A stretch of 64,000 nt of DNA, taken from assembly GCA_964016885.1 (NCBI GenBank), contig CAXHJY010000651.1:1-64000 (forward strand), given 5' to 3'. This DNA is from Eledone cirrhosa. Its lineage: Eukaryota. Numbering within the stretch: the first letter of the stretch is position 1; every line of letters starts with the position of its first letter. Made by a program: the position numbers and the translations under genes. The notes under the pieces are model-generated. The model did no database searches, was not told the origin of the DNA, and saw only the letters and a program-made list of their open reading frames with translations. Shown here one piece after another: positions 12,945-26,149 of the stretch.

Positions 12945-13362
12945 AACAGTTTTAGATATATTTCATCCTAGCTTAATAACAATAATAACAAAACAGAAAT
13001 GGAAAGAAGAATATCTCTCGGAAATGCTGCCATGATAAGAGTACAGAAAATTATGAAAGATAAAGGAGTGTCAAAGAGAACAAAAGAAAGATTGTTTAAA
13101 CTCAATGGTTATATCCAGTAATGATGTATGGATGAGAAAGCTGGACAATTAATATACAATAACAATATAGAAGGAAACATTAATGCTTTCGAAATATGGT
13201 ATTGGAGAAGTTTATGAAGGGAAGAAAAAACAAAATAGATCAACATTTCAATAAGTAGAACCTAAGAGTACTTAGGAAATATTGATTGCTAAGCAAAAAT
13301 AAAAATACTTTGGTCACTTTCTGATGGAGGGTGTCATGGGAAAGAGCATTATGTTAAGAAAA
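12945..13362 (+). mobile_element. Decayed RTE-clade LINE ORF fragment
   Basis: EMERRISLGNAAM..VQKIMKDKGVSKRTKERL / PVMMYG*ESWTI / INAFEIWYWR with frameshifts and stops; typical RTE post-RT region. Confidence 0.8.
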
Positions 13363-13363
13363 A

Positions 13364-13550
13364 CGGTGGATTGGCAGTATCGGTAGAGGGTCGGACGCCA
13401 TGCTTTCCAGCATAGTTACGTCCCTTTACGATCTGAGTTCAAATCCCGCCGAGGTTGACTTTGCCTTTCATCCTTACGGGGTCGATAAAATAAAGTACCA
13501 GTAATGAACTGGGTAATTGCTGGCCTTGTGCCTAAAGTAGAAACAATTAT
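13364..13550 (+). mobile_element. tRNA-head SINE (dominant family), inserted next to the RTE fragment
   Basis: Full A/B boxes, body and tail. Confidence 0.9.
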
Positions 13551-14182
13551 GTTAAGAAAAAACTATTTTTGTCGTTGTTATTTAACACCAGGTCAACCCA
13601 AATCGAGTAAACCTATGATCAAAGGCGTTCCAGCCAACCCATCTAACCCCTGTGTGAAAGAAATCCAGAAATCGCGTTATGTGAAGTGCCGTATATTTAA
13701 GACGCCAGTGTGTCGTTTGAGATATATTTACATGATATTTCAAGATATGTTCGATCGTAACTCAAGAGATGGAAAGATGAGACGAAAGAAGAAAGTGTGA
13801 TGACATCTGTGAATTTACAGCAGACGTTGTCTGAACAATGAAAACGCTATAGGTATAAAATCATCAGAATTAGAACAACGAACTGAGGATACAAAGAGAA
13901 AAAGATAGACCCCTGTATTTAAAGCACGGACTCTAGGCCAGCCGGATGAAAGATAGATCAGGTCGAGTAGTTTCAGTGTTCATTAAAACTTCACTAGTAT
14001 TTTCTAATAATCTCCATGTAGTATTTATAAATGAAAAAGTGAACCGTGTATATTAATTAAATGAGATATTCATTAAACATGTAACGTTGTAGCACTGTCT
14101 AGTTCTTTTTTAAATAATACACACACACGCACACACGCACGTAAATACACACACACACACTCAACCCCCCCCCCCCCCCCCC

Positions 14183-14244
<62 letters not shown>

Positions 14245-14247
<3 letters not shown>

Positions 14248-14685
14248 CGGCGATGAATTAGTTTTGCGAGGTTTTTTACATGAAATCGTGTGTCGAAACA
14301 AATATTGTTATACTTGGGGAGGGTCATGTTTGTGTAATAATATTGCCAGAATTAATAAGGCACTCACTGTTTGGTTGGTTTTCGCTTCTGTGTCTTTTCA
14401 GACTAAATAAAGATGGCGTAGGCATACAATACAACAGGAGGAAACATAATAGCACCACTGACGATGTTGCAGATGTGCAACGAAAGAACTTTGTTAGACT
14501 ATATATATGTGTTTGTGTCTATATTATATCTGTATTTTTACCGTTGGTCAGTCAATGGTAACATTGAGGACCGAATAAATTAAATTAACTGATATAAAAG
14601 ACACAGAAGCGAAAACCAACCAAACAGTGAGTGTGTTCTGTTATTAATTCTGGCTATATTATTACACAAATATGACCCTCCCCAT
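14245..14685. mobile_element. PLE-like element with inverted arms and internal HHR-like core, flanked by (TA)n
   Basis: 14316-14399 inverted against 14595-14683; CTGACGA-t-gttgca-gatg-tgcaac-GAAA at 14458-14485. Confidence 0.6.
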
Positions 14686-14711
14686 ATATATATATATATA
14701 TACATACAATG

Positions 14712-14865
14712 AGATCCTCTTCAGAAATTCTCTCCCCAGTATTGAGGCTAAAATACTTCACTATTAATTGCGTTGAGCAAGATATACTGCCAGAATGGAG
14801 CCTACTCTATTGTCATATATAATCCTCTTTGGAGAACTTACTAATTACAAAAGACCTCGTGGTGC
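14712..14865 (+). mobile_element. Decayed RTE LINE 3' ORF fragment
   Basis: LPSIEAKILHY*LR*ARYTARMEPTLLSYIILFGELTNYKRPRG matches the RTE pattern 'LPSIEA....QLRWAGHV.RM...RLPK..L.GEL..GKR.RG'. Confidence 0.75.
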
Positions 14866-15494
14866 AAATGTCATTTTTGATCGAAACAGAAACCAGCCTT
14901 TATATTTGAAAGGAAACAGCTGAGCTGAAAATCATAAAACCTGATAGAGGCAAACTGTCTTTAAGGGTTCAAATACTTTTGAAAACCATCGAAGACTCCA
15001 CAATCATAAATGCTGTACCGAAGAGAAGGTGAAGATGAACAGGCCATGTATTCTTCCTAGACTCTTGGGCAACATATGGTAAAGTTTATTTCATAGTAAA
15101 CTGGTACTGTTTAGCCATGTTTGTCATAGCATCATGGCAGCAATATTTAGCTGAATCTAGAAAAAGAAAAACTATGTTCTGAAACAAGATGGCGCCGATA
15201 ATGACAATATATTGTATTTACAGTTTGTTACTATATACTAGTAAAGTACACAGATGCATCAACAGTCAGTTTACGGATATGGATATCGAAGAAATATAAA
15301 ATAATAAATATTTTAAGTTGTCTCTGTATAAACATAACAGAGCCCCTTTCTTCACTTGGTTTCATCTTTTGTACACACAGTTATTATAAGAAAAACAAAT
15401 TAAGAATTTTAATATCATAAAGCTGACTGACAAGGGTAACAATGCGGTGAGGGCATTTGAAATAAAAACACACAAGGGCAGAACTAAGTCTCAT

Positions 15495-15735
15495 CTCATC
15501 TGTCCTGTAGCCTGGTGGACCGTTGAGGCGCCACGGATGACCTGGCAACCAGCTCCTTCAATTCCCCTCGCCTCTCCACCTTCCTCAAGGTTGCACTCAA
15601 CCTTATACCTGTCCATTCCGGGATGTTGTCCTCCCATCTCTTTCTCTGTCTACCTCTTTTCTTCCCTGCTTGCATTGTTTTCTGCAGGACAGTCTAGGCA
15701 AGCCCTGAACATCTTGTCACAAAACTAAGTACCAA
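15495..15735 (-). mobile_element. RTE-type LINE 3' end
   Basis: Minus frame SGLA*TVLQKTMQAGKKRGRQRKRWEDNIPEWTG...ELVARSSVAPQRSTRLQDR*. Confidence 0.85.
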
Positions 15736-16204
15736 ATGGGAATTTGTCTGGCTCGCTACCACCGTCATTGCAAGTTTCTCTTCCTTGCTGCCAGGTCTCA
15801 CAATAACAACAACAATAGAAACGACAGAAATTAGAGTTATTCGTAGCATAACTGAGTCTGAGAAAGCAACACCAACAACTACAACAGCAATAATAAGACA
15901 GATTATGTATATTGACAATCACAGCTACATGAACAATGACGAAGGTAGATAGGCGTTGCTAGTAAACGAACGGTAATAAAGTACAAACAGAAATCAATGA
16001 CCCTTCGTGTGAAAACCAGTAGACCAATAAGATGTGAAATGGTTAAAATGAGAGATCACATGGATGTCATTAGAATTGCTTCTGTTGTGGAATAATAAGT
16101 GGGGAGAGAAAGGGAAGTGACAGGCAGGAGAGGACTAGAGAAACAGGCAGACAAATACAGAATGTGGTTTACTTGTCTAGTTGTCCGGTTGAATGTTTGT
16201 CCGA

Positions 16205-17150
16205 TTAGCTGGTTGGCTGGTTGCTTGGCTAGTTGGCAGGCTGCCTGGCAGGATGGCTGGTTGGCTAGTTGGCAGGCTAGTTGGCAGGCCGGGTGGCGGG
16301 ATGGCTGGATGATTGGCTAGTTGGCAGGCTGGATGGATGGCTGATTGGCTGGCTGGATGTTTGGTTGTTTGGCTGGTTGGCAGGCTGGCTGGCTGGTTGT
16401 TTGATTGGTTGGCTAGTTGGCAGGCTGGTTGGCTGGTTGTTTGGTTGGTTGGCTAGTTGGCAGGCTGGTTGGCTGGTTGTTTGGTTGGTTGGCTAGTTGG
16501 CTGGCTGACTGGCTGGTTGGTTGGTTGGATGGTTGGTTGGTTGGTTGGCAGGCTGGCTAGCTGGCTGGTTATTTTGGTTGGCTAGTTGGCAGGCTGGCTG
16601 GTTGTTTGGTTGTTTGGCTAGTTGGCAGGGTGGTTGGCTGGTTGTTTGGTTGGTTGGCAGGTTGGTTGGGTGGTTGGTTGGTTGGTTGGTTGGTTGGTTG
16701 GTTGGTTGGTTGGTTGGTTGGTTGGTTGGTTGGTTGGTTGGTTGGTTGGTTGGTTGGTTGGTTGGTTGGTTGGTTGGTTGGTTGGTTGGTTGGCTAGTTA
16801 GTTGGTTGGTTGGTTGGTTGGTTGGTTGGTTGGTTGGTTGGTTGGTTGGTTGGTTGGTTGGTTGGTTGGTTGGTTGGTTGGCAGGCTGGCTGGCTGGCTA
16901 GTTATTTGGTTGGTTGGCTAGTTGGCAGGCTGGTTATTTGGTTGGTTGGCTAGTTGGCAGGCTGGTTGGCTGGTTGTTTGGTTGGTTGGCAGGCTGGCTG
17001 GCAGGCTGTTTGGTTGGTTGGTTGGCAGGTGTCCTGGCTGGCTGGTTGATTGGTTGGTTAGCTAGTTGACTGGCTGGCTTGCTGGCTGGCTGGTTCTTTG
17101 ATTGGTTGGCTAGTACGGTGGTTGGCTGACTGGTTGGCTGGCTGGCTAGT
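16205..17150. repeat. (GGTT)n/(GGCT)n tetranucleotide satellite
   Basis: Pure ggtt core at ~16670-16880 with degenerate flanks; related (CCAG)n tract at ~61575-61985. Confidence 0.95.
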
Positions 17151-17410
17151 CATCATTATCATTATCAAAATCACTATAGTCATCATCATCATCATCATCA
17201 TCATCCTCATCATATCACTATCACCACCAAGGTGAATACCACCGCTATTACAGACGCCCAATAGTCTATTCCCAGTGACCACGACCAATTTACGAGACAT
17301 ATAAAGGCCGCCTATCGTCTTATGACGTCATAACGACATATTTATCGCAAATACATTGAATGTGTGAACTGTGACATGTTGATATGTACACAGATATATC
17401 ATTGTAGATT

Positions 17411-17459
<49 letters not shown>

Positions 17460-17514
17460 ATATACTTGATATATATATATATAATATATATATATAATAT
17501 ATAAATATATATAA

Positions 17515-17545
<31 letters not shown>

Positions 17546-17569
17546 ATATATTATATACATATATATATA

Positions 17570-17654
<85 letters not shown>

Positions 17655-17806
17655 TTATATATACTTACATACATATATATATTTATATATATATATATAT
17701 ACATATTTATATATACATACATACATACATATATATATACATATATATATATATACACACACACACACAGTCACTCACGCACACTCACACAATATATATT
17801 ATATAA

Positions 17807-17856
<50 letters not shown>

Positions 17857-18164
17857 GTAGTAGTAGTAGTAATAATAATGTGTGTGCTGGTTGTAAATCG
17901 AATCGATGATGACGTTGCTTATTTTCAACAGATACGATGACCTCGCCTGTGATGAGCACGTAGATGCTACAGATCTGAACACAAGTTGAGCATACATGAA
18001 ATATATAGAGACATGTGTATTTAATTATAGCAGTTTAGTCAGTGACTCAAGTGTCAAAGCTCTCGTACTTAAGTGCACTTTTTTTCAAAATTGATTCAGT
18101 ACCAGTCTTGAAGATTGTATTTTAGTACAAGATACCAGGTTCCTCGTGTTTTTGGTATAGCATC

Positions 18165-18231
<67 letters not shown>

Positions 18232-18235
<4 letters not shown>

Positions 18236-18482
18236 ATGCAAAAGTTTTATTTAAAATTGTTGGGTTACAACAAGTAAATATTTTATAACCGATATAAAGC
18301 ACTCGACAAGTTTTGGAGTAGATATACGATATTATTACGTCAAAATTATTTATAAAACTGTTTATATATTGTATTTTATCTGAAGAAGGCATACCATATT
18401 TTTAATATGGTATCCCCGAAATATGTATAATGAAATAAATATGGTTTTATAAATATAGTTTCCATTTGTTTAATATCGTATA
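18232..18482. mobile_element. Family A pLTR-like pieces in opposite orientations, with HHR on + strand
   Basis: 18232-18335 matches 4250-4345 directly; 18372-18440 is tttat-CTGAAGA-agg.ataccatat...atatggtat.cc-GAAA-tatgt-ATA-atgaa. Confidence 0.7.
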
Positions 18483-18527
18483 TATTTGTATATATTTATA
18501 TACAGACACAAACACACGCACGCACGC

Positions 18528-18582
<55 letters not shown>

Positions 18583-18609
18583 TACACACACACACACACA
18601 CACATACAC

Positions 18610-18657
<48 letters not shown>

Positions 18658-18968
18658 TAATTTTTTAATATAAGGAACTGTTTCTTTGTTTTTATTCATT
18701 GTTTTTATTAATTTATCTTGACTCTGTTTTCCTGTGGTTTTCATCGAAAAAAATGTTTGAATACATCTTTTCTTTTCATGATATTTGGATTACATTGAGT
18801 TCTTCTTACGGATTGGACACTACCGTATATTTTGGTAGATTTATCTACATATATATATGCAGTTCTGTTTACATGCCAACACAAGAGCAAGAATGAGGGG
18901 CTCATTCTACTGACATGGCTTAAAAGAGGCTGTGTGCATACTTGCAAACGATTCGACTATTATTATTA

Positions 18969-19147
18969 ATTGGCAGTATCGGTAGAGGGTTGGACGCCAT
19001 GCTTTCTAGCATAGTTACGTCCCTTTACAGTCTGAGTTCAAATCCCGCCGAGGTTAACTTTGCCTTTCATCCTTACGGGGTCGATAAAATAAAGTACCTG
19101 TAATGTACTGGGTAATTGCTGGCCTTGTGCCTAAAGTAGAAACAATT
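18969..19147 (+). mobile_element. tRNA-head SINE (dominant family)
   Basis: Full A/B boxes, body and tail. Confidence 0.9.
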
Positions 19148-19211
19148 ACTAATATTCGAAAAACTCAGATTACATTTATTGTATTCAGCCATGCAGAGCG
19201 ATAACTTTTTG

Positions 19212-19283
<72 letters not shown>

Positions 19284-19299
19284 GTATATATATATATTA

Positions 19300-19462
19300 A
19301 TTCAAAATATTAACAAAATAGATATTCTTGCGATCAAGTATATTTTATTATACAAATATTTCAGAGGTACTGAGTTAAGTTCAACAGTACGTCCTCATCA
19401 GATAGAATAAGATGATGCATGACATACCCTGACATAGTAGATGTTTAAGATTCAGTCATGGT
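19300..19462 (-). mobile_element. PLE pLTR-like element with HHR motif, related to 39914-40148
   Basis: Reverse strand ttctat-CTGATGA-gg.cgtactg...cagtacctct-GAAA-tatttgtataataaaa. Confidence 0.6.
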
Positions 19463-19510
19463 ATATATATATATATATATGGTCCACCTGGTTCTTTACC
19501 ACACTTCCAT

Positions 19511-19551
<41 letters not shown>

Positions 19552-19640
19552 AAAGGTAAGCAGAAATAACAACACAATCAGTACAGTATATGGAAGGTAT
19601 ATATTAGGTTAACGCATGATATATATATATATATATATAT

Positions 19641-19833
19641 AAGGAAGGAAGTGTGGTAAGGAACCAGATGGACCATAACGCACCAGAGTCCTCAACACTT
19701 AGGGTAGTAGAGTGGGTAATAGGAAAGTGCTCAAGACCCCGACGGCAGAGCTCAAGCCGTTTCGAGGGCTATTTCTGCCAGAAATAGCCGTCGAAACGGC
19801 TTGAGCTCTGCCGCCGGGGTCTTGAACATTTTC
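19641..19833 (-). mobile_element. ~195 bp hairpin-tail element (half-HHR fold-back family), copy 1
   Basis: Tail ggtaaggaaccag.tggaccataacgcacc..agt.ctcaa.acttagggtagtagagtgggtaata plus palindrome gaccccgacggc...gaaacggc...ggggtc; in (TA)n. Confidence 0.9.
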
Positions 19834-19877
19834 ATATATACTCCCCTACGCACCCTTTGAACTCTGTTCCCACACAC

Positions 19878-20006
19878 TTCTCACCTGAGGAAGGGCTTAT
19901 GCCCGAAACGTCGTTCCCCACCACCACGCCACTCTCCAGAACGTGAAATTAATAAACATTCGTTGTACTGCCTCTCTGTTTTGTTCCTGTTCAAATTTTT
20001 CCATTA
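19878..20006 (+). ncRNA. HHR core plus pLTR-like tail (tail recurs at ~22610-22683)
   Basis: CTGAGGA-a-gggc-ttat-gccc-GAAA-cgtcg; the stem I partner is not evident. Confidence 0.5.
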
Positions 20007-20222
20007 TATATATATATATATTTGTATTTATCGTTGTTGTGGTATAAGTATGGCCACTGGTCGTTTTTCTTTGTGTCACACTTTATTAACTGCTGTGTTT
20101 ACTCTGGACAATATTGTTTAACTTCTCGCTCCATTGAGTGCTTTGTGATTGCCTTGCCTCAAACAACTCGATTAGTACCTGCTATGATTCACAACTTTGA
20201 TTCATCACCAGTATTATGTATA

Positions 20223-20265
<43 letters not shown>

Positions 20266-20771
20266 GGTGTGTATATAAAGGTAGTAAAATTCAGGTAAAC
20301 AAGTATTGTGCCAATAAAGTTTCAAGCTGAATGTAGTTCAACGATTTACAAGATAAGTCGTAGCTACTCATCAGGGGGATAATCAGTAAAAGTATTTAGA
20401 AACTAAACTTCGCGTAAATACATCCGACGAGTCGCATGAATGCGGATGTACAGAGCACAGAGATAATAATGCCTGAATAGCCAAGATAAAAAAAAAATTA
20501 TGACATTTCATTCTTCTTACTCATATTTCTACAATTATGAGCAGAAAATATATAAAGGAAAAATAAAAATCGTGAAAAACTTTCCCCGAGCTCTATTATT
20601 CGTATGTAGGTGTATCTAAAGATGTATCTATATATTAGAATATGAGCATTAACTCAAGGAACTAAATATAAAACATTAACTATGTTCATTCTTTTGTAAT
20701 CAAAGAATTTATAAAATGTTTAAAGAAGCAAGGGCAGTGGGAAATGGAAAACGCTCGTATGTATGTGCGCG

Positions 20772-20837
<66 letters not shown>

Positions 20838-20841
<4 letters not shown>

Positions 20842-21030
20842 AGAAAAGAGTCATGACCCCGACGGCTGTGCTCCGGTCGTTTCGACATCTACATCCGGAT
20901 CTAGCTGTCGAAACCGCCGGAGCTCAGCCGTCGGCGTCCAGGCTCTTTTCTTATTAATCACTCTACTACAATAAGTATCGAGTACTCTGGTGCGTTTTGG
21001 TCCACCTGGTTTCTTATCACACTTTCGTTG

Positions 21031-21033
<3 letters not shown>
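20838..21033 (+). mobile_element. Hairpin-tail element copy 2 (partial copy also at 21917-21977; tail-only at 19479-19514)
   Basis: Same palindrome and tail in opposite orientation, flanked by (TA)n. Confidence 0.85.
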
Positions 21034-21102
<69 letters not shown>

Positions 21103-21105
<3 letters not shown>

Positions 21106-21668
21106 CAAGGGAGTGTAAATACAGAAAATATAGTAAAAATTAATAATAAATAATTAAATTCCAAAAAATTCACTGTACTTACTATATGTGCCCTTACCGC
21201 GGTTTCAGATCCCAAATAAAAAGACAATCCAAGTGGATTTCCATTAAGAAAGAGATCATCGTCAGAAGGCTTTTCTCTCTCGGAGAATATAAAATTGCCG
21301 AGTTCAAATTACAAACTAGCGCCATACCAAACTGCCTCAGAATGAATCAGTTATGGTTAGGAACGCGTGCAAAGGCGAAAGCATGTTGAAAAGGTCAATC
21401 TAATGCTACTAAAAATAGCAGCTATACGAACGACCAAAGGTGTCTCTACCATTGGGGAGAAGAAGAATAAAAGTATGTGTTCTATATGTAAGTAATACAT
21501 ACAGGGATACAAGTATAGTTCGTAGGCTAGTGAGGTTCAATAGCAAGTTAATAAATTAACAAGCCAGAAAATATAAAATCAAGGGAGTGTAAACACAGAA
21601 AATATCTTAAAAAATAATAATAAATAATTAAATTCAAAAAATTCACTGTACTTACTATATGTGCCCTT
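21103..21668 (-). mobile_element. Retrozyme/PLE-like partial tandem element, 473 bp period, with intact HHR at 21190-21270
   Basis: 21103-21195 is directly repeated at 21577-21668; minus strand gcctt-CTGACGA-tgatc...gatct-GAAA-C-cgcg-GTA-agggc; (TA)n on both sides. Confidence 0.8.
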
Positions 21669-21815
21669 TATTATATATATATATATATATATATAAGATA
21701 CTTCACGGTGCTCATTCTACCTGGAGTTGCGACCGATAGATAGTATTAGCAATTGGAAAGACCAATGGAAACATTGTTTCCTCGGTCCGATTTGACGAAA
21801 GTCGATCGACTGTCG

Positions 21816-21901
<86 letters not shown>

Positions 21902-21977
21902 ATGTATGTATATATATAGGAAAAGAGTCAGGACCCCGACGGCTGAGCTCCGGCCGTTTCGACAGCTAGATCCGAAC

Positions 21978-22011
<34 letters not shown>

Positions 22012-23310
22012 ATATATATATATCTTACATACTAACGCTATTACAAAATATAAGCGGTTGCAGTTTGTTTATCTACAATGACAGGTAAATTTATATGAAG
22101 CAATTTGTCCATAACCTGTGATCATTCATTAGACACAATGTAAACGTGTGTGGCAGGTGGACCCCTTCAGTAGGCCGCACTTTCTATTGAAACTTATGAA
22201 ACTATACTCCGCCTCAAATAAGTAGAGAATTGTAACTATTCACCTTCACACTTAACTTACTTCGTTATCCTACGTAAATGAACACATCCATAGGTATATA
22301 GATATATTCACACATATACACTATACTGAAACTTGTTGACGTATGTATATAAATATAACTCACAAAGATATGTGCAGGATTAAAGCTGCACATATGCATA
22401 TATAGTGTGAGGGCGTGTGTGCATGTATATGTATATATATATATATATATTATATACACACACACATATTTATATATATGTATATACACACATATATATA
22501 TATGTGTGTGTGTGTAAGTATATATATATATATATATATTGTATACACACAAACATATTCATATATATATGTGTGTTTGGGTGTATATACCCCCCACCCA
22601 CACCCACCCACTCTCAAGAGCGTGAAACTAATAAACCTTTGTTCGTACTGCCTCTCTGTTTGTTCCCGTTCCATTTTTCACTATATATATATATATATAT
22701 ATATACAAAGAGAGACGTGCGCGCACACACATATACATACGTTCATATATACATACTTATATAACCACTTACCCAACTCCACTTATATTCAGATAGACAA
22801 GAATTGCATTTTAAACATAATATACACCCATACAAAACAAATACAATACAAATATTGCAAAGAAAGAAAGAGTTAGAAAAATAAAGGATAGGGAAATAAA
22901 TTCTGAGTATAAGAGAGATAAAGTATTCTGAGTATAGACAAATAAAGAGCGCGGTGTAGATAGCTAGCTAGGTAGATAGATATATTTTCTTTATTTGCCA
23001 CAGGGGCGTACAAAAATGGGACATTACAAGACGTGACGGCGGGACTTTTACATAAAATCTTTAACAATGATAAATAACAATGAACTATATAAAAATAAAA
23101 CAATTGAAATCCTTATTAAGGGGGGGGGGGGGTAACGCTACTGCGGGGTTGTTTTACACCCCGTGGATAGAACAACCCTCAACACCAGGAACACGTTTTG
23201 TAGGTGTTACCGTCTTCCCTCTGTTTATCTTCCTCAAGAGGAAAGACGGGAACATAGATAGGGAAGATAGATAGATAGATAGATATATAGATAGATAGAT
23301 ATAGTGTGTG

Positions 23311-23342
<32 letters not shown>

Positions 23343-23432
23343 TAAAGAGACAAGGATAATCTAGTATATCTATTCATATCCATATCCATATCTGCACTTA
23401 CATACATACAAAGATAAATATGAGATAGAGGT

Positions 23433-23503
<71 letters not shown>

Positions 23504-23672
23504 AGAGCGAAAGAGAAGGAGTGTGACCGAGAGAGTAAGAGAGAGAGAGAGAGAAAGAGAGAGAGATTGAGAGATTGGAAAAGCGAGGGGGAGGGAAGCA
23601 ATGGAGAATAACAGAGAAAAAACATAAGGGAAAAAAGCTATACACATATATAGCAATATAGTTATATATACA

Positions 23673-23758
<86 letters not shown>

Positions 23759-23928
23759 CGTGTTTATATCGATATATGTATATTATGTATATACATGCAT
23801 ATAAAAACATATATATCATTATAAATAAATATATATATATATATCGATATATATATATATATATCGATATATATATATATATCGATATAAACATATATAT
23901 CGATATAAACATATATATCGATATAAAT

Positions 23929-24050
<122 letters not shown>

Positions 24051-24092
24051 ATATATATGTCTGCTGAGCACACAAGCTATATCGATATACAA

Positions 24093-24124
<32 letters not shown>

Positions 24125-24182
24125 ATATATTTGTATATCGATATATATATATATATTTATATATATATATATTTGTATATCG

Positions 24183-24262
<80 letters not shown>

Positions 24263-24589
24263 GGGGGGTTGTATGGGTGTGTCGAGAGTTAGTAGAGAGG
24301 CAATAAGAAAAAGAAAAAGAAAAAGAAAAAGAAAAAGAAAAAGAAAAAGAAAAAGAAAAAGAAAAAGAAAAAGAAAAAGAAAAAACACGCAATGGTGGAC
24401 ATAATGACATTATCACATTTATCATACATGAATAGGTTTATTTAGAGCTGAGTAAGAGAGGGAAGCAAGATTAGATCAGTAATAATCTGTATATATAACG
24501 AGTTTAGGGTCACTTAACCCGTGCTTTCGACGTTTTAAGATTTTACTGTGTGTTGTGTTGTTCATCACTGTCACTACCATTGCCACTAC

Positions 24590-25175
24590 CACCACTACTA
24601 CTACAGCCAGCACTAGCACCATCACTACCACCCACACTAGTTCCATTACTGACACCAACGCCACCACCACCACTGCCACAGCCAACACTAGTTCCATCAC
24701 TGCCACCACCACTACCACCACTACAACGAACACTAACACCATCACTACCACGAACACTAGTTCCATTACTGACACCAACACCACCACCACTACAACCAAC
24801 ACTAGTTCCATCACTGACACCAACACCACCACCACTACAACCAACACTAGTTCCATCACTGACACCAACACCACCACCACTACAACCAACACTAGTTCCA
24901 TCACTGACACCAACACCACCACCACTACAACCAACACTAGTTCCATCACTGACACCAACACCACCACCACTACAACCAACACTAGTTCCATCACTGACAC
25001 CAACACCACCACCACTACAACCAACACTAGTTCCATCACTGACACCAACACCACCACCACTACAACCAACACTAGTTCCATCACTGACACCAACACCACC
25101 ACCACTACAACCAACACTAGTTCCATCACTGACACCAACACCACCAACACCACCACCACTACAACCAACACCACC
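24590..25175. repeat. 45 bp minisatellite
   Basis: accaacactagttccatcactgacaccaacaccaccaccactaca; actagttcc at 24801, 24846, ...; about 8 near-perfect units plus degenerate ones. Confidence 0.95.
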
Positions 25176-26149
25176 GCTGCACCAAAACTAACACTACCTC
25201 CATCACCACCACCAACACCACCAGTCCACTACAGCCAACACTACCTCCAATTCCGCTACCAACACCACCGCTGCACCAAAACCAACACTACCTCCATCAC
25301 CAGCACCAACACCACCACTCCACTACAGCCAACACTACCTCCAATTCCGCTACCAACACCACCGCTGCACAAAAACCAACACTACCTCCATCACCACCAC
25401 CAACACCACCACCACCACCAACACTACCAGCATTAGCCAATACTCCTCCACAACCACCACACTACCAAAACCGACAATACTAACACTAAAACTGCCAACG
25501 CTACAACCAAAACTACCACTATCACTACCACTATCACAACCACTATCACTACCACTATCACCACCACTACCAGCACAACCAACACTACCACCACCACTAA
25601 CAAGACAACCAACATTATCACTACACTACAACCCACACTACCACCACAACCAACACTACAACAAAAACAACACTACCACCACAACCAACACTACAACAAA
25701 AACAACACTACCACCACAACCAACACTACAACAAAAAACAACACTACCACAACAACCCACACAACCACCACAACCAACATTATCCCTACACTACAACCCA
25801 CACTACCACCACAACCAACACTACAACAAAAAACAACGCTACCACCACAAACAACACTACTACCACAACCAACACTACCACCACAACCAACACTACCACC
25901 ACAACCAACACTACTACTACAACCAACACTACCACCACAACCAACACTACCACTACAACCAACACTACCACCACAACCAACACTACCACCACAACCAACT
26001 CTACCACCACAACCAACTCTACTCCATCCCTGACTCCAACACCATCACCACAACTGACTCTACCACCACCAAGACTAACATCAAAACCACCACCACAATC
26101 GCCACTACCACCGACACACACACACACACCACCACTACCAACAATACTA

